Shown here in pieces: positions 1 to 6,766 of a stretch of 12,187 nucleotides of DNA. The notes below the pieces were generated by a model. That model did no database searches and was not told the DNA's origin. It saw only the letters and a program-made list of their open reading frames with translations. The translations under genes and the position numbers were made by a program. How positions within the stretch are numbered: the first letter of the stretch is position 1; each line of letters starts with the position of its first letter. The DNA is from Candidatus Sigynarchaeum calidifontis (GTDB lineage Archaea > Asgardarchaeota > Lokiarchaeia > Sigyniarchaeales > Sigyniarchaeaceae), in NCBI GenBank assembly GCA_030587475.2, contig JAUQYZ020000131.1, forward strand, positions 1 through 12,187. The letters run 5' to 3'.

Positions 1-166
1 GTAATGGTCGGTCTTCAAAGAACGTTATATACTTATCCGATCGACAATAAATACGTTGTTCGCACGTCCGGGGTCTCTCCACGGGCTCACGCGATCGTGC
101 ATTCGAGCATGGACGCGGGGAGATGAAAATTATTATGCACGTCGGTTTTACCTGGCATGATGACGA

Positions 167-1087
167 ATGGCAGAAAACATCCCGTTGTCGATAGTGCTGG
201 CGTTGATCACGGCCTTCTCTGCTGGTACCGGGTTTTACTTGCAAAAAAAGGGACAGACCGAGATACGCGCGGACGGCTTGTCTCTACTCAAGTACTTGCT
301 TGTTGCCGCAAGGAATAAAAAATGGTTTCTTGGATTCGCGCTCACGGTTTTCCACATCCCGCTGTACGTGTATGCGCTCAACATTGGCTTGATAACCATC
401 ACACAGCCCTTGGCAAACACGTCCATCGCGTTCATCGTGCTGCTCGGTGTCAAGTTTCTCGGGGAAAAATTGAACAAGGTCGAGATCGCAAGCCTGGTAA
501 TCCTGGTCGCGGGCATTTTCGTGATCGCCTTCACCCCACCGCTGCCACCCGAGGAAATCATGCATCCTTCCACCCCCCAGCTTCTCAGTGGCCTTGGCGT
601 TCTCGTAGCATTAATGGTCATTGCTTACGCGGCGTGCGTGCTCTTGATCATCATGAAAAGGAAGGCGATTGGCCTTGCATTCATGGCCGGGCTCTCGATG
701 GGCATGTCCGCCATCTTCATCTCCGTCCTCTCGCGCATGCTCGGGAACGCGGGTTTGCACGACTTCCTCGACCTTCACCAGGACCTTCGCATCATTTTTG
801 GCATCTTTCGCAACGACCTCGTTCTTGAATCCGTGATTTTTTATGGAGCCGCTTTGTTCTTGTTGCTCTACTTCATTGCGGTTATCTTCGCCTTGCGATC
901 GGGGAAACTCACCCTCGTCATCCCCGTGGAAATGGGCACGAGCTTCATCCTGCCCGTGTTCGTCGGTTTCTTCTTGTTCCTCGAACCGGCCGTGCCCTCC
1001 TTGATCGTCGGCATCGTCGCATGCATGGCCGGCGCGCTGATGCTATCCAAGGTGCAAGCGGACATGGAGGCAAGGCTAAGTACCTAA
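167..1087 (+). CDS. DMT-superfamily membrane transporter, NIPA-like (putative Mg2+ or small-solute transporter)
   Basis: 306 aa with about 9 hydrophobic helices. The pattern G-F-Y-LQKKG...KYL...W-F-LG...TQPL...FLGEKL and the C-terminal GFFLFLEP match DMT/EamA repeats and the NIPA-type pattern. The substrate cannot be determined from sequence. Confidence 0.75.
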   Translation: MAENIPLSIVLALITAFSAGTGFYLQKKGQTEIRADGLSLLKYLLVAARNKKWFLGFALTVFHIPLYVYALNIGLITITQPLANTSIAFIVLLGVKFLGEKLNKVEIASLVILVAGIFVIAFTPPLPPEEIMHPSTPQLLSGLGVLVALMVIAYAACVLLIIMKRKAIGLAFMAGLSMGMSAIFISVLSRMLGNAGLHDFLDLHQDLRIIFGIFRNDLVLESVIFYGAALFLLLYFIAVIFALRSGKLTLVIPVEMGTSFILPVFVGFFLFLEPAVPSLIVGIVACMAGALMLSKVQADMEARLST

Positions 1088-1158
1088 CATTGCCTTGGCA
1101 CGGCAAGGTCAAGATCCTTGAATGCTTTAAGGTTAAAGAGATGCAAAGAAAAGACGCA

Positions 1159-1524
1159 TTATTTCGAGATCCAGGCGATGGCATCGCCGATGTTTTCGAA
1201 GATTTGCTCGCGATCCACCATTTGTGTCACGAGTTTTGCAAATCGCTCGTATCCTATTACCTTGTGCAATTTCGTGACCACGGCTAACCTGAATTTCGGG
1301 TTTTGCTTCCGCATCGACACGATGAGCCGGTGAATTTGCAACCGGAAATCCTCGCACGCGGTGAACTTGTCTGGGATCATGGCAATGAACTTGTCGCATT
1401 TCTTGACCCTCGCATTTGCTTGCAATTCATGCAGTGCATCACGCGTTTCCTCGTCGCACATGTTCTCCGCGAGATGGATGATGCACGCATCAACGTTATC
1501 GTTGAACTCGATCCGGGTGTGCAA
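1159..1524 (-). CDS. small STAS/SEC14 (SpoIIAA-like) alpha/beta protein; true start possibly upstream at about 1566
   Basis: Alternating beta/alpha pattern with 'RLAVVT' and C-terminal 'IFENIGDAIAWI' (F-x5-A-x2-W), typical of SpoIIAA-like proteins. It is codirectional with the ligase, and a U-rich tract follows the stop. Confidence 0.55.
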   Translation of the reverse strand: MHTRIEFNDNVDACIIHLAENMCDEETRDALHELQANARVKKCDKFIAMIPDKFTACEDFRLQIHRLIVSMRKQNPKFRLAVVTKLHKVIGYERFAKLVTQMVDREQIFENIGDAIAWISK

Positions 1525-1570
1525 GTGGCGCGCCTCGTCTGCTAGTCGTGTGAAGCTTGCTGATATGATG

Positions 1571-1578
1571 ACCTCCTT
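1571..1578 (-). promoter_or_regulatory. Shine-Dalgarno sequence AAGGAGGT
   Basis: Perfect SD on the minus strand about 10 nt downstream of the ligase stop and upstream of the STAS-like ORF, 4 nt before an in-frame ATA (1566-1564). Confidence 0.5.
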
Positions 1579-1587
1579 GCTTAAATA

Positions 1588-3384
1588 TCAAACATTCGCG
1601 CCACCACGCATTGCCAGGATTTCGGCCACGGTCGTGATATCATCCGGACTCTTGTCTTCGCGGATGCGGATGATCCGAGGGAACCGGATGGAAATGCCAA
1701 CGACGGTTGAAGCTGATTCGGTTATCTCGTCGCCAATGATCTCCAGCACGATGGTAGGATCTATCCACTTGTCCGGGGTTTCTCCGCTTCGCACGTTCGG
1801 CGGCGGCTTAGGGATCACGGTCAAGTTTTTCAAGAACCATTCCGCTTTCTCGTCATCCATGCCCGACGAAACCCGCGTGACCACGTCGAGGGTGCCCGTG
1901 TCCTCGTTTCGCGCGGCGACGAGTAGCGTTCCATACTGCCGTGCGCGGCGGCCCTCGCCCATGTTGACACCGACGACCACGAGCTCTATGGAATCCGGGA
2001 GCTTGCCCCGCTGGAGGCTCTTGAGCTTGATCCAGAGCCAGCCACGCGCCCCGGGCTGGTAGACCGATTCCGGCTTTATTGACTTGGTCAAGAGACCCTC
2101 CGTGCCATCCTTGATGGCCTGGTTGAAGTAAGCCGTGAGCTCGTCGAGCGTCGAGACGATCCGCTGGGGCACCGGGATCACCTTGTTCTGGGGCGGGTCG
2201 CGGGAGATGACCCGCTCAAGCGCCGCCCGCCGCTCGAGATACGGGACATCTAGCATGGAATGTCCATCGAGCAATATCACGTCGAAGGCATAATAACACG
2301 TCGGGATTTCCTCGCTTTTCTCTGCTACATCATGCTTCCGGCGACGCTGCATGAGCACCTGGAAGGCGATCAACTTGCCAGTTCCCTTCTCCACTGCTAC
2401 GACCTCGCCATCCATGATGATCTCCGATGCAATGACATGTTTCTTGACATTTTCGATGACATCCGGAAACTGGCTCGTGATGTTCTCTTGCCGCCGCGAG
2501 AACAAGATCACGTCATTCCCACGCTTGTGCACTTGCATCCGCTCGCCATCGAGCTTGTACTCGCACGCGAACGGGCCGCCGTGTTTCACGGGAAACTCCT
2601 CCAGCGTGTCTAGCCGCTGCGCGAGCATCGAGCGGATCGGGACGCCGATCTGCGGTTGGAACCGCTTTAGCGGCTCGATCCCTTCAAGCATTGCCGTCTT
2701 GATCACGTGGCCGAGATCGGGATAGATGTTATACGCGCGTTCGATGATCTCGCGATTCGCTGCTTGCCCGGCTTTGAGCGCGTCGGCCTCGTCCTTTTCT
2801 ACGCTTGTCACACCACCCGCAAGGAGGCGCGCGATGGCTTCGATCATGGTCAGGTCGTTCGCTCCGAGTCGCATCTTCCCGTCCACGAAGCGCCCGATAT
2901 ACTTGGCCTCCACGGCGCTGCATCGCCCGAGCAACCCGGCAAGGGCGCGGATCTTTTTTACTTGTGAGTCGGCACCTGCTAGCCCGGCAATTTGCACGAG
3001 AGCTGCATGCACTTCCGACACCATCAAGTTTTTTTCGCGGGTGATGAGCATCGATCGTGTTCCTTTTTGCTTGAGCATGGCGAATGTATTCCCGAGATCC
3101 CCGGATTTCTTGAGCAGATCTGACACCGTCTTTGGACTGAAGCCGGTCGCTTGTGCGATCGCCCGCTTCGCGAGCTCTTGGGCCATCTGCAGCTCGGGCT
3201 TCCCGAGAAAATCGGGATATAGCTTCCCCTGGCAAAAATAGATGATTTTATCATGGACAGGTTCGTTGTTTCCCTCAAAGAGATCATCTTGCATGAAGAT
3301 CTCCTGGAAAATGGCCATTATTTCGAGTCGCTTCGACGTGTTTTCCATGCGGGAAAGAAAGGAGCATAATTTTTTGAACATCAT
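1588..3384 (-). CDS. lig: ATP-dependent DNA ligase, archaeal/eukaryotic Lig1 type
   Basis: Motif I EYKLDGER (adenylated Lys), III IMDGEVV, IIIa YYAFDVI, IV TEGLLTK, V WIKLK, VI SIRFPRIIRIREDK, plus an N-terminal helical DNA-binding domain (SGDLG, GKMRLG). Start set at MMFKKL (3384). The ORF-track start at 3549 is probably over-extended; GTG at 3411 is an alternative. Confidence 0.96.
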   Translation of the reverse strand: MMFKKLCSFLSRMENTSKRLEIMAIFQEIFMQDDLFEGNNEPVHDKIIYFCQGKLYPDFLGKPELQMAQELAKRAIAQATGFSPKTVSDLLKKSGDLGNTFAMLKQKGTRSMLITREKNLMVSEVHAALVQIAGLAGADSQVKKIRALAGLLGRCSAVEAKYIGRFVDGKMRLGANDLTMIEAIARLLAGGVTSVEKDEADALKAGQAANREIIERAYNIYPDLGHVIKTAMLEGIEPLKRFQPQIGVPIRSMLAQRLDTLEEFPVKHGGPFACEYKLDGERMQVHKRGNDVILFSRRQENITSQFPDVIENVKKHVIASEIIMDGEVVAVEKGTGKLIAFQVLMQRRRKHDVAEKSEEIPTCYYAFDVILLDGHSMLDVPYLERRAALERVISRDPPQNKVIPVPQRIVSTLDELTAYFNQAIKDGTEGLLTKSIKPESVYQPGARGWLWIKLKSLQRGKLPDSIELVVVGVNMGEGRRARQYGTLLVAARNEDTGTLDVVTRVSSGMDDEKAEWFLKNLTVIPKPPPNVRSGETPDKWIDPTIVLEIIGDEITESASTVVGISIRFPRIIRIREDKSPDDITTVAEILAMRGGANV

Positions 3385-3570
3385 AAACTTATCATCGACT
3401 TTAGATTCCACGGGCCCGACATCGGCATTTCGATGGCCACTCCATCCTTTAGTGCAAAAGTGCTTAAACGACTCAAGGCTCAACAACATTGAAAGGATGC
3501 GTGCCGGGATGCCACGCAGCTCTATCAGTCCTAGGTACAATTCATGCATAAAAGGTCGATTGATAATCCC

Positions 3571-4656
3571 ATGGCAAGCAAACAGACGGGCGCCTTCACC
3601 GACTTCACCGCGTGGAACCTCGCGTTCATGTTGCTTTATTTTCTGAACGCGATAAACATCGCGCTCGATTTCAACAACCCTTTTTCTCGTGCCGGAGCAG
3701 TCGCACTCATGGGCGTGCAGTCGGGGCTCGTCGTTTTGCTAGCATTCACGCGGAAGCCGGTCACGGCCTTGATCTCAGCGATGGTTCCCGTCTGTTGCTT
3801 TTATGTTTATGCTTTCACCACCGGCATTACCAATAGCATGGGCCTATGGATCCCCGGGATTTCGGTCGGGGTTCCTGCATTCCACGTCATCTTCAGCGTG
3901 CTTGGGAGTATGCTCGTCCGCTGGATAAAGCCCCGGTGCATGGATACGGCACGGCCGGCGAGCATTCCCGGGCTCGAAATATTACCCGGCATCAATGATA
4001 AAGCGGACACGAGACGGATGATGGTTTCATGCCTCAAGCTTGCAACTATCGCTGCCATTGCGAGCGTGATCTACTGCATCGGTTTCCTCCTTGCATGGAT
4101 CGGGGATGCGGCAATGCGAGCGAACGCGCTCGCCTCCTTGCCCGTAATGGCAGGCATGAATTTCGGCCTTGTCGCGGCATTCATCGCGTCTCCCCGTGCT
4201 CCGCGTGTGATATACAACGCGGTCCTCACGCACCACGTGATCGAGGATGCAGACCATGCCATCGGTATCAAGCTGGGAAAATCGACCATCTTCCTTTGCA
4301 CGAGGTGCACGGCCATGCTTTCCGGCCTTTTCTTCAGCATGTACACGTTCGCGACCCTCCGGCTTCGTATCGACCAGTTCATGGCCTTCTTCCTCGACAT
4401 CTTCATTCCCGCGCCCGTTTTCATCGACTGGGGCCTCCAGCGATTCGGTTTTCGGAAAGCAACGACCCGATCTCGTATCATCACGGGGGCACTTACGGGG
4501 CTTGGCTTCGCGCTCGTCCCGCTTGCATCGCCCGGGTATGCGATGCACGCAGCCATCGTGCTAATGAGTTATTTCGCAATCTTTTTCTTGATATATTTCT
4601 TGAGCGCGAGGCGTGGATATTATTACAAGGCTGACGCGGAACCGGTCGAAGGATGA
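3571..4656 (+). CDS. polytopic membrane protein with C-terminal DUF2085 domain
   Basis: About 10 TM segments. 'LCTRCTAMLSG' and 'IDWGLQRFGFRKATTRSRIITGALTGLG' match the DUF2085 pattern (CxRC...DgxxQ...R..TG...G.G). ATG 3571 is preferred over 3544. Confidence 0.7.
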   Translation: MASKQTGAFTDFTAWNLAFMLLYFLNAINIALDFNNPFSRAGAVALMGVQSGLVVLLAFTRKPVTALISAMVPVCCFYVYAFTTGITNSMGLWIPGISVGVPAFHVIFSVLGSMLVRWIKPRCMDTARPASIPGLEILPGINDKADTRRMMVSCLKLATIAAIASVIYCIGFLLAWIGDAAMRANALASLPVMAGMNFGLVAAFIASPRAPRVIYNAVLTHHVIEDADHAIGIKLGKSTIFLCTRCTAMLSGLFFSMYTFATLRLRIDQFMAFFLDIFIPAPVFIDWGLQRFGFRKATTRSRIITGALTGLGFALVPLASPGYAMHAAIVLMSYFAIFFLIYFLSARRGYYYKADAEPVEG

Positions 4657-4729
4657 TGGCAAATGGAGGCTAGCTTGGAGACATGGTAGTTCAATTCAGT
4701 TAAATTCTAATGGTTAGAGAAGGATCTGG

Positions 4730-4738
4730 ATATAGAAA
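4730..4738 (+). promoter_or_regulatory. candidate archaeal TATA box (ATATAGAAA) for a leaderless transcript
   Basis: AT-rich box about 23-31 nt upstream of ATG 4761, which begins just before the first CxxC. Confidence 0.4.
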
Positions 4739-4760
4739 CACGCGGGTGTTGACGCGAATC

Positions 4761-6590
4761 ATGACGGATTGCACGTCGTGCGGGCGTACGAATTCACCGC
4801 AAGCACGGTTCTGCATTAGCTGCGGCAAACCGCTGCCAAGAACCGACAAAGTAGAGTGTCCCAGGTGTAAAAAACTAAACAACAGCTACAACATGTTCTG
4901 CATCCACTGTGGAGCTAAGATCTCGCAGCCATCCGCCGAGTGGAAGGAGGCGGATTTGCGGGTGTCATCGCAACCAGCGGTCGAGGCCGCGTGGAAGGAT
5001 GAGAACATCATCTATTGCCCGAGCTGCAACTACGGGTGCCAGAAAGATTGGCCCGTGTGCCCGATGTGCAAGACGCCGCTCGGCGGAACCGGCCCGGGTA
5101 CGGGCGTGCCCATGTTCATCGACGATGCCGGCGATTCTGGCGATACCGCCGTGCCCGGGGGGCCGGTCTTCAAGCCAAAGGCAGCACCGACGCAGCAACT
5201 CAAGGCTTCCATCTTGAAGGCACTCGCGCCGGTCATCGCGAACATGGACGTGATCTCGATTCCCGAGCTTGCCCGCCAGGTAAACAGTGACGAGGAAACC
5301 GTCTCGACTATCGTGAAAGAACTCATCGCGACGGATGCGGTCGAGGGCCACATTGATGTTTCCACGAACGAGTTCATCTCCGAGGTAGATGGCTTGAGCC
5401 CGAGGGAATTGTTCATTGAAGAACCAACCGCGCCTGCATCCACGCCCGCAGCGAAACCACGTGCCGATACCGATTCCGCGCCAAAGATCGTCGGCGAGAG
5501 CGACATGTCCGATCTCAAGGCCGTCATCCAAAAAGAACGAGGCATGGACATCGATGATTTTGTCAAGGAGCTCGTCAACTCACTGGAAATCAAGCGAGGC
5601 TATGATTTCGAAGGTGGTCGCATTCACTTCAAGGTCGTGGTAAAGAACAACTCGAAGCTCGTCATCCATGACGTCAAGGTTTACCTGGATGTGTCGGACT
5701 TCTTCAAGACGGAAGAGGACGAGCAAGGCAGGAGCGTCCCGACGCTGAACCCGGGCGAGTCGCGCGGCATCGATTTCTATCTCGATCCAAAGAAATGCGG
5801 GACGGCCGAAATTTCCGCCACGGTCTTGTTCAAAGACATTTACGGGAAGCGCCACGCCAAGCTCGTGCCACCGGTCGAGGTGCAAGTGAAGCAGCCCATC
5901 ATCGCGCCGTCCAAATCAAGCATCGAGTACATCAAGGAGCAGACCTCGCGAATGGCTAGCGACATGAAGATGTTCGCGATCAAGGACCTGGATTCCGAGT
6001 TGCTTTACAACGCGGCCTTCCGCGCCATCTCCAAGTTCGACATGAGCTGCGCGCACGACGAGAAACGCCCTGATTCGCTGGAGGCATGGTTCTCCGCAGT
6101 TTCCAAGACAGACAAGGAACCCATCATCGCTCGCATCATCATGGGAACGACGGGCGAGCGGGTACTCGAGATACGCGTGTGGTGCAACGACGACAAGCAG
6201 CTCACGGGCTTCCTGGCCAAGATCATCACGAACTTGCGCGACGAGATCGAGCTCATCCGGCGCATCAAGGCCGAGGACAAGAGCCAGGCATTGAAACTGA
6301 TGGCCCTCGGGCGCAACATCGAGGTGCTCAAGAACTACGCGGGGTTGAACTGGGAGGCAGGCGATATATCCAATGTCTTGCACGAGGTAAAGGGGATCTT
6401 GATAAAATCGTTCAGCAATAGCAAGGACGTGCAAGGCGTGATCGCCGAGATCAACGTGTGGATCGACCGCATGAACGGCCTCAAGACAGACGAGCATATC
6501 AGCCAGGAATTCGGTAATCGACTCTACACGGATGTCGAGCATTGGCAGGACGTGATCAACATGCAACTCGGCATCGTACAGAAGAAATAA
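4761..6590 (+). CDS. multidomain protein: double zinc ribbon + zinc ribbon + PCI-like winged helix + beta-COP/adaptin-appendage-like Ig and platform domains + helical C-terminus
   Basis: Six CxxC pairs (CTSC/CISC, CPRC/CIHC, CPSC/CPMC). PCI-like segment 'ISIPELARQVNSDEETVSTIVKELIATDAVEGHID'. Ig-like segment 'FKVVVKNNS..IHDVKV..TLNPGES..'. An alpha/beta platform follows. Alternative start at 4710. Confidence 0.7.
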   Translation: MTDCTSCGRTNSPQARFCISCGKPLPRTDKVECPRCKKLNNSYNMFCIHCGAKISQPSAEWKEADLRVSSQPAVEAAWKDENIIYCPSCNYGCQKDWPVCPMCKTPLGGTGPGTGVPMFIDDAGDSGDTAVPGGPVFKPKAAPTQQLKASILKALAPVIANMDVISIPELARQVNSDEETVSTIVKELIATDAVEGHIDVSTNEFISEVDGLSPRELFIEEPTAPASTPAAKPRADTDSAPKIVGESDMSDLKAVIQKERGMDIDDFVKELVNSLEIKRGYDFEGGRIHFKVVVKNNSKLVIHDVKVYLDVSDFFKTEEDEQGRSVPTLNPGESRGIDFYLDPKKCGTAEISATVLFKDIYGKRHAKLVPPVEVQVKQPIIAPSKSSIEYIKEQTSRMASDMKMFAIKDLDSELLYNAAFRAISKFDMSCAHDEKRPDSLEAWFSAVSKTDKEPIIARIIMGTTGERVLEIRVWCNDDKQLTGFLAKIITNLRDEIELIRRIKAEDKSQALKLMALGRNIEVLKNYAGLNWEAGDISNVLHEVKGILIKSFSNSKDVQGVIAEINVWIDRMNGLKTDEHISQEFGNRLYTDVEHWQDVINMQLGIVQKK

Positions 6591-6633
6591 TAACGGCCAC
6601 GGTTCCCTTTTCTCTGAACCTGGTGCTCCAATC

Positions 6634-6646
6634 TTTTTTTGTTTTT
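6634..6646 (+). terminator. U-rich archaeal-type terminator tract
   Basis: TTTTTTTGTTTTT about 45 nt after a TAA TAA double stop, preceded by a hairpin at 6597-6623. Confidence 0.55.
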
Positions 6647-6736
6647 CACGCGTCAAAGGTTTTTCATGACTTGGTGCTGGTACTCCGCTGGGCATGCGAG
6701 TATCGCGAAGACCGTGTCGAATCTCGATGATAGACG

Positions 6737-6746
6737 TTTTTTAATA
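6737..6746 (+). promoter_or_regulatory. candidate TATA box (TTTTTTAATA) for a leaderless GH172 transcript
   Basis: Located 21-30 nt upstream of ATG 6767, with no SD sequence in between. Confidence 0.45.
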
Positions 6747-6766
6747 CTCGACTCGAAGCAGATTTT

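Noticed and set aside
55-145. Possible riboswitch or ncRNA upstream of the transporter (CGTCC/GGACG and CGTGCAT/ATGCACG inverted repeats)
   Set aside because: The stems are short and no known riboswitch consensus was recognised. An Infernal/Rfam scan would be needed.
1588-1590. Ligase TGA as a selenocysteine codon
   Set aside because: The ligase is already complete at this point, there is no redox motif context, and no SECIS element could be identified.
3385-3549. 55-aa N-terminal extension of the ligase, and a short out-of-frame uORF whose TGA overlaps the ligase ATG
   Set aside because: The extension fills the divergent promoter region and contains a TATA-like TTTAAG (~3463-3468). The uORF is short enough to arise by chance.
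5916-6695. 259-aa minus-strand ORF, and the many other overlapping ORFs in the track (e.g. 1361-2062, 4029-4634, 8806-9423)
   Set aside because: These are antisense or off-frame shadows of well-supported genes, as expected in GC-rich coding DNA, and none has a recognisable domain.
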